Below, piece by piece: positions 38,222 through 46,561 of a DNA stretch of 63,128 nt. Position numbers and translations under genes: made by a program. The notes beneath the pieces were generated by a model. It did not search any database. It worked only from the letters and a program-made list of their open reading frames with translations, and was not told the origin of the DNA. The first letter of the stretch is position 1; every line of letters begins with the position of its first letter. The DNA is from Patescibacteria group bacterium. GTDB lineage: Bacteria; Patescibacteriota; Microgenomatia; UBA10105; UBA927. The stretch spans positions 1 through 63,128 of the forward strand of contig JAMCTH010000007.1 in NCBI GenBank assembly GCA_023379025.1. Reading direction: 5' to 3'.

Positions 38222-38622
38222 TTGTCGTTGACGCCTCAGTAGTCTACAAGTGGGTTGTTGATGAACAGGATGAAGCAACCCGTCGGGCAGTAAAGCTCCG
38301 TAATACCTACCTTGCAAAACGGGAAAAGGTCGTGGCACCCGACATCCTCCTCTACGAAATAGGCAACATTTTTGCGTATAAAACCAAACTTTCGCCAAAG
38401 GATATCTCAAAAGCGTGGCAAAGTTTTTTACTCCTGGATATTCCTACGGTATCCGCTACGGCGTCGTTTATTACCGGTTGCCTTACCGTTTCCCGCAAAT
38501 ATGCCATATCCGTGTACGATGCCGCGTACGTGGAACTCGCGCGGGAAAAAAAGTGCAGGTTAATCACTGCCGATACCGTGTTGGTTAAACGGGTCCATCA
38601 GCCGTTCGTCAGGTCACTGTAG
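38218..38622 (+). CDS. vapC: PIN-domain toxin VapC
   Basis: MIVVDASVVYKWV... (first acidic residue), ...LLYEIGN..., ...VYDAAYVELAREKKCRLITAD. The length of 134 aa is typical. Confidence 0.85.
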   Translation: MIVVDASVVYKWVVDEQDEATRRAVKLRNTYLAKREKVVAPDILLYEIGNIFAYKTKLSPKDISKAWQSFLLLDIPTVSATASFITGCLTVSRKYAISVYDAAYVELAREKKCRLITADTVLVKRVHQPFVRSL

Positions 38623-39990
38623 ACTTTCCGGCCGCTTTCTGCCGGTATGTTCGGATGCACGGATGAGCCAGCGGACCGACAAAATAACCATTAACGGGTA
38701 GTACGGGATAAGATAACGCGGCTCTGTCATGGCCAGGTAGGAAATCGGCACGAGGCTTACGAGATACAGGACGGCATACCAGCGGAAGACCGGTTGCGGG
38801 TCGAAAAATGCGAACAGAAGCGACGGGAGGAATATACACAGGAACAACGGGGGCATGATGACGGCGTAAAGCGTACGGGACACAGAGACATACCGGTCCC
38901 AGAGCGGATACGTCCACGGCGTCATGATGAGCGGCCTGCAGAACCGGATCGTCCCGAGGTTTCCGCAGTAGAGCGGCTGTACCGGATCCCTTCCGCCTTC
39001 GGTTTCAAGGTTATGCCAAAACGGTGCGCGTGCGGTAAGCGTCCGGAAAAAAACGCGGATGCCGCTTTCCAGGTAGTCAAACGGATATTGCCGGATGGCG
39101 GCAATCCCCACGTTTCCGAGAATGGTATCGAGGGCGTGCCAGCTCCGCCCCGTTTTGGGAAGGATATAGTCCTGCAGATCCCAGTATTCCGCATAGGGGT
39201 TTACCGTCTTGGGCACGAACCGCCGCAGCGTCCGTACCGCCGGAGTCTGTTCGCTTGGAAAATGCCGGCCGTCCCACACAAAATTGGTATAAAACGGCAT
39301 GAGCTTGGTATCAGACAGCCCCCAGACGCCGGTGACCGCATGATTGGTGAGGACCCAGCAGCCGAGGATAACCAGGCCTGCGGCCAGGCTGAAACCCGTC
39401 ATTGTTGCGGAACGTTTCCGGCGGAGGCCGTACCGGAGGAGGAGGAGAACGGAAAAACAGAAAAGAACTATGAACTGATATTTGAGGAGGCTCATGCACG
39501 CGGCGAGGACGACGGCGTACGCGAGAGGGGCAATCCGTTTCGTTTGTATAAAACGGGTAAACAGAACCAGGTACAGGAGGAACGCGGTCTGTGCCGGCAG
39601 TTCGGTCATCATGGAGACCGAGTAGATGAGATTTACCGGGAACAGGAGGAACAGGAGGCTGATGACGGCGGCTGCCGGCGCGGAAACTCCCGGGGTAAGC
39701 AGTACATACAACAGGAACGCTCCGGAGGCAAAAAGTGCGATATGCACCAGGTGGAGAAGTATCGTGCCGGACGGCAGTATGCCGATAAGCGCGATAGCTA
39801 TGCCGTAAAGCGGCGGAGAGACGGTCGTCGGACGGCTGTAAAGAAACGGCGCGATAAACGGGTACGTGCCGGTTGTCAGGTACCGGCCGATCGCCCAGTA
39901 AAAATAGCCGTCGATATTCGTATAGAGAAACAGAAAGACGAAGTGGAACAGGAGTATGGCCGCGCCGGAGAGGACGGCAATCCGTTTCAT
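38614..39990 (-). CDS. GT-C-like polytopic membrane protein
   Basis: The start is taken at M11 (MKRIAVLSGAAILLF), giving an ATGA overlap with the upstream gene. It has about 11 TM segments and the early loop NIDGYFYWAIGRYLTTGTYPF. Confidence 0.72.
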   Translation of the reverse strand: MKRIAVLSGAAILLFHFVFLFLYTNIDGYFYWAIGRYLTTGTYPFIAPFLYSRPTTVSPPLYGIAIALIGILPSGTILLHLVHIALFASGAFLLYVLLTPGVSAPAAAVISLLFLLFPVNLIYSVSMMTELPAQTAFLLYLVLFTRFIQTKRIAPLAYAVVLAACMSLLKYQFIVLFCFSVLLLLRYGLRRKRSATMTGFSLAAGLVILGCWVLTNHAVTGVWGLSDTKLMPFYTNFVWDGRHFPSEQTPAVRTLRRFVPKTVNPYAEYWDLQDYILPKTGRSWHALDTILGNVGIAAIRQYPFDYLESGIRVFFRTLTARAPFWHNLETEGGRDPVQPLYCGNLGTIRFCRPLIMTPWTYPLWDRYVSVSRTLYAVIMPPLFLCIFLPSLLFAFFDPQPVFRWYAVLYLVSLVPISYLAMTEPRYLIPYYPLMVILSVRWLIRASEHTGRKRPESLQ

Positions 39991-41873
39991 TTCGCTCCTT
40001 TCCAATACGGGACAATACACGGGTCTTCACCGTGCCACCAGGGGGTTTTGCGCGGAATGACGTTATCCGTCCGGTTGTCAAATACCCAGGTGAGCGGCGT
40101 TCCCCGTACCGATACGGTGTAGGACGGTCTGTGGGTCAGGAGGTAGTCAAAGGCATGGAAGAACCGGTAGTAAAAGGACTGGCGGTTGAGGATAACCACA
40201 AAATCCGAGCCGTATCCGAGTGTGTTGACCGTTTTGAGAAGATCGGGCCGGAGATACAACGCGCCCACATCCGGCATCATGACGATGTCCACCGTCGCAT
40301 GTTCCGGAGCATGGGTATTCACCCAGTTGACAGCCGCTTTTTGTGAGGTACCCCAATAGTCGAGATCATACTTTCCGTATGCTCCCTGGACACCGCCAAC
40401 GAGTTCGTTAAAGTACGTCACCTCATACGGGTGATAGGAGAGGATCTGGAAGGAAAGGAAGGCGAGGAGTATGACGGTTATGAAGACCTCTGCCATAGTT
40501 TTTGCTTTTACTGAGAATTGTTTTATTGTTACATTGTTACATTGTTGAAAACAAAAATCAGCCCCGATTGCCGCAAGGGCGGCGATGGGGAAGAGGACTT
40601 CTTCAAAATGCCGTATGCCGTCGATGACGCCGATCGTCGGGATAAAGTAGCGGGTGAGGGGGAGGAAAAACCAAAGAAGTATCAAGAGGTTCGCGCTTTG
40701 GTCAGTATGTGGTGTTCTCGTATCGTCAAGGTCCGGGACGCTGTTCTGTTTACCAGTGTTTTTTGCCAAGGCCGTGACGATACTTCGAAACCACATACTG
40801 GCCCGCGAGACTATGGCACGTATGAACGTAATTACTCCCAACGAAGAGAAGAAAAGTACCGGCAGCGGCGTCGTGACTGCAAGATACCAGTACGGGTAAT
40901 ACCACGGCACGGTCGAACCGGAGCAGTACCATCTGCCATGGAGCAGTACTTCAAGATTGTCGGTGCTGACGCTAAACGTGCGGTACAGCTGTACAACCTC
41001 ACGGACCGGATGCTGCCAGAAGAGGGCCCAGAGGGCAAACGCCGCAACGGGAGCCAGAAGAAAAAACCCAAATCCCGTCCGCCAGCCGGCGGACCGCGCC
41101 CGGGACAGGCTCAACATGATAAACGAAAAAAATGATGTATGATTTGCGTTTGGTTTTTTGAATTTTACCGGGATTTGGGCATTGGGTTTTGCGATTTGAA
41201 GGAGAATAAGCCATGCCGCATATACAACCGGTATAAATATGGCATTTACTTTTATATTGAATGCCAGGGCAAATCCGAGAACCGCGGGGATGAAATCCCT
41301 TACCCGCCGGTAGCGGACAAGCCGCCACAGAAGCCAGATATTGAGGGCAAAAATGACGGCGGAGGGGATATCTTTCATATTATTATGGAGGTCGCCGAAA
41401 TAGCGCGGCGTTAACGCAAGGAATAGTGCGCCAAGGATGGCGACGCGACGGTTTACTGCCTCTGCCAAGAAGAAATATAAGATCCCTATGCCGGCGACGC
41501 CCCAAAGAATGATCGGAAGATTGTACGCGCTGTCAAACGGCAGGATGTGCCACGCCCGGAAAAGGTAGAGAAACGACAGGACGGGCGGTATGGACATGAG
41601 CGGCCCGTAGGGAAGCGTCCACGCGTTTCTCGGATCCGGCGCTACATACGGAAGCGGCCGCGGGTCGAGGTCCTGCCAGGAGAGCCCCAGGAAATGCCCG
41701 CCGCCGAAAAAATGGAAATGGAAATCCCAGGTCAATCCATAGTCATTGATCGCCACAAGATGGATACAGAGAAAAAAAAGCGCGATGAGAAAGCCGATGA
41801 ATAGGGTTTTTTTGTCCATGTTGTATCCTCTCTCGCTGTACACCCTGGTCCGGCGCGTATACCGCTCTCTCAA
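39987..41873 (-). CDS. GT-C-fold glycosyltransferase-like membrane protein (PMT_2/GT39-like)
   Basis: 628 aa with the loop INDYGLTWDFHFHFFGG and the motif TPRYFGDLHNNMKDIPSAV. It directly abuts the upstream gene. Confidence 0.78.
   Translation of the reverse strand: MRERYTRRTRVYSERGYNMDKKTLFIGFLIALFFLCIHLVAINDYGLTWDFHFHFFGGGHFLGLSWQDLDPRPLPYVAPDPRNAWTLPYGPLMSIPPVLSFLYLFRAWHILPFDSAYNLPIILWGVAGIGILYFFLAEAVNRRVAILGALFLALTPRYFGDLHNNMKDIPSAVIFALNIWLLWRLVRYRRVRDFIPAVLGFALAFNIKVNAIFIPVVYAAWLILLQIAKPNAQIPVKFKKPNANHTSFFSFIMLSLSRARSAGWRTGFGFFLLAPVAAFALWALFWQHPVREVVQLYRTFSVSTDNLEVLLHGRWYCSGSTVPWYYPYWYLAVTTPLPVLFFSSLGVITFIRAIVSRASMWFRSIVTALAKNTGKQNSVPDLDDTRTPHTDQSANLLILLWFFLPLTRYFIPTIGVIDGIRHFEEVLFPIAALAAIGADFCFQQCNNVTIKQFSVKAKTMAEVFITVILLAFLSFQILSYHPYEVTYFNELVGGVQGAYGKYDLDYWGTSQKAAVNWVNTHAPEHATVDIVMMPDVGALYLRPDLLKTVNTLGYGSDFVVILNRQSFYYRFFHAFDYLLTHRPSYTVSVRGTPLTWVFDNRTDNVIPRKTPWWHGEDPCIVPYWKGAK
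40517..40548. repeat. 8-bp-period cassette (ATTGTTNN x4) inside the GT-C gene
   Basis: ATTGTTTT ATTGTTAC ATTGTTAC ATTGTTGA, read on the minus strand as ...FQQCNNVTIKQFS... Confidence 0.85.
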
Positions 41874-43577
41874 TCAGGGTTTTTCGATTCCGGGAACGGG
41901 AGAAGTAACCTGATATATCGTGATCATCGCATTCTTATAGATTTTAGAAAGGAACGGAAGGTTTTGTGCATACAGAGGAAAGCCCTGGAGCGTTCCGGCG
42001 ATGATGTATCCTATCCTGTTTTGTTGAAGAAAGGCTTCGGCATCGGATGATCTGAGGGAACGGGAGAAAAACATCTGTCTGAGGCGTTCTTTTTCGTCCG
42101 GATGGAGGGTGTGGATGGGGTGGCCGTTGAAAACGGTTTTGTCGGTAAAGACCGGAACCATGATTTCTATCGGCATACCGCTGTCGACCATGACGACGGG
42201 CCTTAGCGGATTATCCGGCTGACCTTTGAGCCAGGTGAGAGCACCGGCGACAGGGTTCGGAACATAGGCATAGAGAGAACCGGCCAGGAGCACCGGATCA
42301 CCGGCCGGCGTGAGGCGCGCAGAAAAATCGGCGATACTTCCCGGCAGATCCAGAATGAGGGCTCCGGCAAGGAAAAGGATGAGAAAAAGATTGCCGGGCC
42401 CCAATCGGATCTTTTCAACGACTGTCCGTAACGTCCGACTGAGCTTTTGCATGCCGAGGAGCGCAAGGATGGTCAGGCCGGCGTACCCTGCCGGGAATTG
42501 GTAGCGGGACGGAACAGTTCCCAAAAGGCGCGGAAGCGGGGAGAGAAAGAAGGCCGCAGACACAATCGCCGTGGCAGAGAATAGGACTGCCGTTGTACTT
42601 TTTGTGCGGACAAGCGCGAAAAGCCCGAACGGCAGGAACAGTGTCAGCGGGCCCAGGGATACGAGAAAATGCCGGAAACCGGTATTGACATACTGCCGCA
42701 GCTCCCAAACCTTGGCAGCCGCAAAAATCGGCGAGGAGAATTCCCGGTTTATGAGCCAGGCAGCCGGAAGCGCGGCAAGACCGGTAATGAGAAGTGCTGT
42801 GAGGGCCGGCTTGTATCCTGATGTATGGCGGAAGGCCGACCAGAGACCGGTAACCGCCGCTGCGGGAAGGAAAACGAGTATGGGCAGCGGATTTGCGGAA
42901 GCTGCCAACATGGATATGGCCGCAAGCAGCAGGTATGTTTTCGGCGCGGCGGAACTATTGCGGCTGGTGAGCTTGAGCGCTTTGATAAACATAATTGAGA
43001 GAAGCAGGAAAAGTATGGTCTGCCAGACCTGGTGCGGGACGCCGCCCAGCCGGTTAAAGACCGGCGCGGGAGAGAACCAGAGATCGTCGGGGAAGAGAAG
43101 CCGGTGTTGATTGAGAAGGACGGAAAGGTCAGGAAGCGGGGATCCGATAAGGTACAGAAGAAATCCCCCGATACGTGCAGCGGGATCATCCGGAAAGCTC
43201 CGGCACAGTACCAGGAAGACAAGGACGAGCGAACAACTGACCAGGAGAAAAAGCGCCGTGTTGTATACGGCAAACGGAGAAAGTCCGACCAGGTGGCCCA
43301 GCCATCCGAGAACGTTGTTAAACCAGTACATCCAGGTAGGCGGGAGCGGTTCACCGGTAAAGCGTTGGGTATACCAAAGTTGTCCTGCAGCACCTTCCGC
43401 CATCTGAGCGGTGTAAAGAAAGTAATCTGCCCAGTACTGGATACTTGCAGTAAATACCGTGTGCGGCGGCTGGTTAAACCAGCCGACGAAAACCGGTGCC
43501 TGATTGGCAACAGCGGCGAGGATAGCGAGGCATCCCGCGCATATCCATTCAATCACTCTGTGTTGTTTCTTTTGCAT
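41874..43577 (-). CDS. Polytopic membrane protein, 'DYxxYL' family paralogue D
   Basis: 567 aa. N-terminal loop TVFTASIQYWADYFLYTAQMAEGAAG and C-terminal FLQQNRIGYIIAG. Confidence 0.72.
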   Translation of the reverse strand: MQKKQHRVIEWICAGCLAILAAVANQAPVFVGWFNQPPHTVFTASIQYWADYFLYTAQMAEGAAGQLWYTQRFTGEPLPPTWMYWFNNVLGWLGHLVGLSPFAVYNTALFLLVSCSLVLVFLVLCRSFPDDPAARIGGFLLYLIGSPLPDLSVLLNQHRLLFPDDLWFSPAPVFNRLGGVPHQVWQTILFLLLSIMFIKALKLTSRNSSAAPKTYLLLAAISMLAASANPLPILVFLPAAAVTGLWSAFRHTSGYKPALTALLITGLAALPAAWLINREFSSPIFAAAKVWELRQYVNTGFRHFLVSLGPLTLFLPFGLFALVRTKSTTAVLFSATAIVSAAFFLSPLPRLLGTVPSRYQFPAGYAGLTILALLGMQKLSRTLRTVVEKIRLGPGNLFLILFLAGALILDLPGSIADFSARLTPAGDPVLLAGSLYAYVPNPVAGALTWLKGQPDNPLRPVVMVDSGMPIEIMVPVFTDKTVFNGHPIHTLHPDEKERLRQMFFSRSLRSSDAEAFLQQNRIGYIIAGTLQGFPLYAQNLPFLSKIYKNAMITIYQVTSPVPGIEKP

Positions 43578-43654
43578 ACGTCTTATGTATTCCGTCTTTT
43601 GGCTATCCGGAGTATAAAAAAAAGTGATACCCTTTACTATAGCGGAATTTCCCT

Positions 43655-45184
43655 ATGACTACCCGAACCCTCTCCACCCTTTGCGTCGTCCTGTGCGTTT
43701 TGGGAAGCGGCCTCGTTTTGGGCGATCTTCTCCGGTGGCACCGGACGCTCGGCCTTGTCCGCTTTTTCGATGCGGATGAGTTTGCCTACCTCCACTGGGC
43801 GGCGCATATGGCGGCGGGCCGGGTGCCGTACCGGGATTTTTTCCTGTTCGTGCCGCCCGGATTCGGGTGGTTTCTCATGCCGCTCTTTTTCTTCGGTCAT
43901 GGCATCTCCCCCCTTATTGCGGCACGCGTCATGGAATTTGCGGTATTCACCCTTCTGGTCGGGGTGACGATCGGTCTTTTCTGGCTTCTCAGGCGCTCGT
44001 GGCTTGCCCTCCTCGCCGGAGTGTTCCTTGCGTTCCTGCCTCTCCCGTTTGATAAATTTATTGAGGTACGTCCGGATACGCTTGCGGCGCTTCTCGTGAC
44101 GGGCGGGATAGTGGGCGAGATTCTCTGGATGCGGGAGAAGGGCGCGCGGTACGGAGTCCTGGCCGGGGTCCTCTATGCGGCATCACTCATAGTACTGCCG
44201 AAGACACTGCCGGGTGTCGTTGTGGGAGTCGGGATTGCAGCCGGATCTGCGATGGGGAGAGGGGAGGATGGGAAGAGGGGAGAGGGGAAACGCATGGTTC
44301 GGATGCTTGCGGCGCCGGCCCTCGGGTTCCTCCTCCCGCTTCTTATGTTTGGCGTTTGGTGCCTTTCCGTCGGGAACCTTCCGCTTGTTCTCTATTCAAT
44401 CTTCCGGCTGCCTTTTGAAGTCAATGAAATAAGCCGGACCTTTGTCATGATGCCGGACCTGTTCTTTTACCCCAATGCGGTCTATTTCGGCGCCGGCGGG
44501 TGGGGGGAGGCGCTTCTTGTCAACCATGCCCTATGGATGGCAGGACTCGTTTTTGGGTTGTACCGGCTCCTGACGCCGGTACTGACGCGGGGAAAAACGT
44601 ATCTTTGGGAAGAACTTCTTCTTGCTCTAAACTTCCTGGCACTCGTCTTTTTTTACGTGGAGTTTATCCCGCTGAAGCACGCGCAATACCTCATCCCCAT
44701 AGCCGTGTTTGTCGCATGGTATTCGGCAGATATGCTGGACAGTCTCTGGCAGAAGATGAAGAGAAGTACCGCCGGAATTGTGGTTTTTGGCGTTGCGGCG
44801 CTCGGGCTCCTCGGGCTCCTCTATTCGGTGAATGCGGCGGCCGAGCAGCCGAAGCTGGCCGGAACAAACACACAAAACCTTACTGCGCTTGCCGTGCTGT
44901 ACCGGACCCTTCCCCGCGCGACGCCGGTTCTGGATCTGGTCGGCAGCATGCTGTATTACCCCGATCCGTACTATGCCTGCTGTCTCCCGATAGGGCAGTT
45001 TGCGGCCTATCTGTCGCGGCCCCTTCCGCCGCTTGCGGCGGCGCTTGAGAGGGAAAAGGTGCCATATATATATCAGGGAGAACCCGGCCGCGTATCGACG
45101 CTCCTCCCGGCCGATCAGGAATATATACGCCTACACTACCATCCGGTGGCCGATGGCGACCCGGCGCTCCTCGTACGTCACTGA
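43655..45184 (+). CDS. GT-C-fold glycosyltransferase-like membrane protein (ArnT/PMT_2-like)
   Basis: Motif FFDADEFAYLHWAAHMAAGRVPYRDFFLF. It is a paralogue of 25516-26973. Confidence 0.8.
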   Translation: MTTRTLSTLCVVLCVLGSGLVLGDLLRWHRTLGLVRFFDADEFAYLHWAAHMAAGRVPYRDFFLFVPPGFGWFLMPLFFFGHGISPLIAARVMEFAVFTLLVGVTIGLFWLLRRSWLALLAGVFLAFLPLPFDKFIEVRPDTLAALLVTGGIVGEILWMREKGARYGVLAGVLYAASLIVLPKTLPGVVVGVGIAAGSAMGRGEDGKRGEGKRMVRMLAAPALGFLLPLLMFGVWCLSVGNLPLVLYSIFRLPFEVNEISRTFVMMPDLFFYPNAVYFGAGGWGEALLVNHALWMAGLVFGLYRLLTPVLTRGKTYLWEELLLALNFLALVFFYVEFIPLKHAQYLIPIAVFVAWYSADMLDSLWQKMKRSTAGIVVFGVAALGLLGLLYSVNAAAEQPKLAGTNTQNLTALAVLYRTLPRATPVLDLVGSMLYYPDPYYACCLPIGQFAAYLSRPLPPLAAALEREKVPYIYQGEPGRVSTLLPADQEYIRLHYHPVADGDPALLVRH

Positions 45185-45193
45185 CCGGGGTAT

Positions 45194-45222
45194 TTGCAAA
45201 CCCGAAACGCCTCCTGTATGAT
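45194..45222 (+). promoter_or_regulatory. Sigma70-like promoter of the GT2 / acetyltransferase / aminotransferase operon (leaderless-type)
   Basis: TTGCAA (45194-45199), a 17-nt spacer, TATGAT (45217-45222), then 8 nt to the ATG at 45231. Confidence 0.5.
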
Positions 45223-45230
45223 GAGCCGCA

Positions 45231-45956
45231 ATGAAGGGTAGAACTGATATTTCCCTTGTCCTTCCCTGTTACAACGAAGAGAAGCTGTTCCGGGACAGTG
45301 TCGGCCGGATTATCGAGACGCTCGATCGCCTCCCGTACCGGTGGGAGATATTGTTTGTCGATGACGGAAGTCACGATAATACTCCGGCGCTTATCCGGGC
45401 AGTCTGTACAAAGGACCGCCGCTGCCGGGCTATTTATCACCCGTTCAATGTTGGACGGGGAAAAACGGTTGCGGACGGCATCATCGCGGCGCGGGGAAGG
45501 GTCGCCGGATACATAGATATAGACCTTGAGGTTTCCCCGATCTATATCGCGGAGATGGTGGCTCCGATCCTTGCGGGAAAGACCGACAGTACCGTCGGAA
45601 AACGGATCTACCGGACTGCGGTACCTTCCCTGTTCCGGGAAATCCTGAGCCGCGGATACCGGCGGCTCGCGGATCTGGTGATTGCTACGGGCGGCATAGA
45701 CACTGAATCCGGGTATAAATTCTTTAATCGAAAAAAGATTGTACCCATTTTATCGCTTGCCGCACACCCGCATTGGTTCTGGGATACGGAAATCATCGTC
45801 TATGCGCTGAGGAACCGTCTCCGGATTACCGAAATACCGGTCCTTTTTTCGCGGCGGACGGACAAGCAATCATCCGTCCGGCTTCTTCCTGATCTGCTGG
45901 ATTACGGGAAAAGCCTGTGGATGTTCCGGAGAAAACTGGCAAAAAGCAGAACATAA
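45231..45956 (+). CDS. GT2 polyprenyl-phosphate glycosyltransferase (DPM1/GtrB/ArnC-like)
   Basis: ISLVLPCYNEE...ILFVDDGSHDNT...VGRGKTVADG. It is a short, 241-aa soluble GT-A protein. Confidence 0.85.
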   Translation: MKGRTDISLVLPCYNEEKLFRDSVGRIIETLDRLPYRWEILFVDDGSHDNTPALIRAVCTKDRRCRAIYHPFNVGRGKTVADGIIAARGRVAGYIDIDLEVSPIYIAEMVAPILAGKTDSTVGKRIYRTAVPSLFREILSRGYRRLADLVIATGGIDTESGYKFFNRKKIVPILSLAAHPHWFWDTEIIVYALRNRLRITEIPVLFSRRTDKQSSVRLLPDLLDYGKSLWMFRRKLAKSRT

Positions 45957-45992
45957 TGGAAACGTAAACTGTTCAATAGTTTTAAACTATCC

Positions 45993-46532
45993 ATGAATAC
46001 CGTGAAAACTATCGGGATAGAAAAAGCCATACGGTTTCTCTGGACCAGCGTCTATGCAGGACTCGTTTCCGTTTCGTTGCTTCCGCCTCTCCGGGCGGTG
46101 CTCCTCAGGTTTGCGGGAGCGGCGGTCGGCGCTGATACCGTGCTTTTGCAGGTCCGCTTCGCCAATCTCTACCACTACGGGTTCCGGAAACTCACGATCG
46201 GGAAACGGTGTTTTTTGGGCGATGACGTCATGCTCGATGTCCGGGGCGGCATCCGCCTCGGGGACGACGTGACCCTTTCGAGCCGGGTCTCAATCGTCAC
46301 GCATATAAACGTCGGATACCCAAATCACCCGCTTCAAAAATACTATCCGACCAGGGAAGCGCCTGTCGTCATCGGGGACGGCTCATATATCGGTACCGGC
46401 GCCATTCTCCTGCCCGGAGTCCGTATCGGGAACATGAGTATCGTCGGCGCCGGCGCGGTCGTCACCCGCGACGTTGCGGAGAGAACCGTTGTGGCCGGCG
46501 TGCCGGCAAGAAGGATTAAGGTTCTCAGGTGA
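45993..46532 (+). CDS. Hexapeptide-repeat (LbH) acetyltransferase
   Basis: Left-handed beta-helix repeats: IRLGDDVTLSSRVSIVTH...VVIGDGSYIGTGAILLPGVRIGNMSIVGAGAVVTRDV. Confidence 0.85.
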   Translation: MNTVKTIGIEKAIRFLWTSVYAGLVSVSLLPPLRAVLLRFAGAAVGADTVLLQVRFANLYHYGFRKLTIGKRCFLGDDVMLDVRGGIRLGDDVTLSSRVSIVTHINVGYPNHPLQKYYPTREAPVVIGDGSYIGTGAILLPGVRIGNMSIVGAGAVVTRDVAERTVVAGVPARRIKVLR

Positions 46533-46561
46533 CGCCGGTGACGTCAGTACTCTCTCTATAT

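Noticed and set aside
38794-40122. A 442-aa plus-strand ORF opposite the GT-C gene at 38614-39990.
   Set aside because: The minus strand gives a coherent polytopic membrane protein with an operon-style ATGA overlap. The plus-strand product is highly charged, Arg-rich nonsense.
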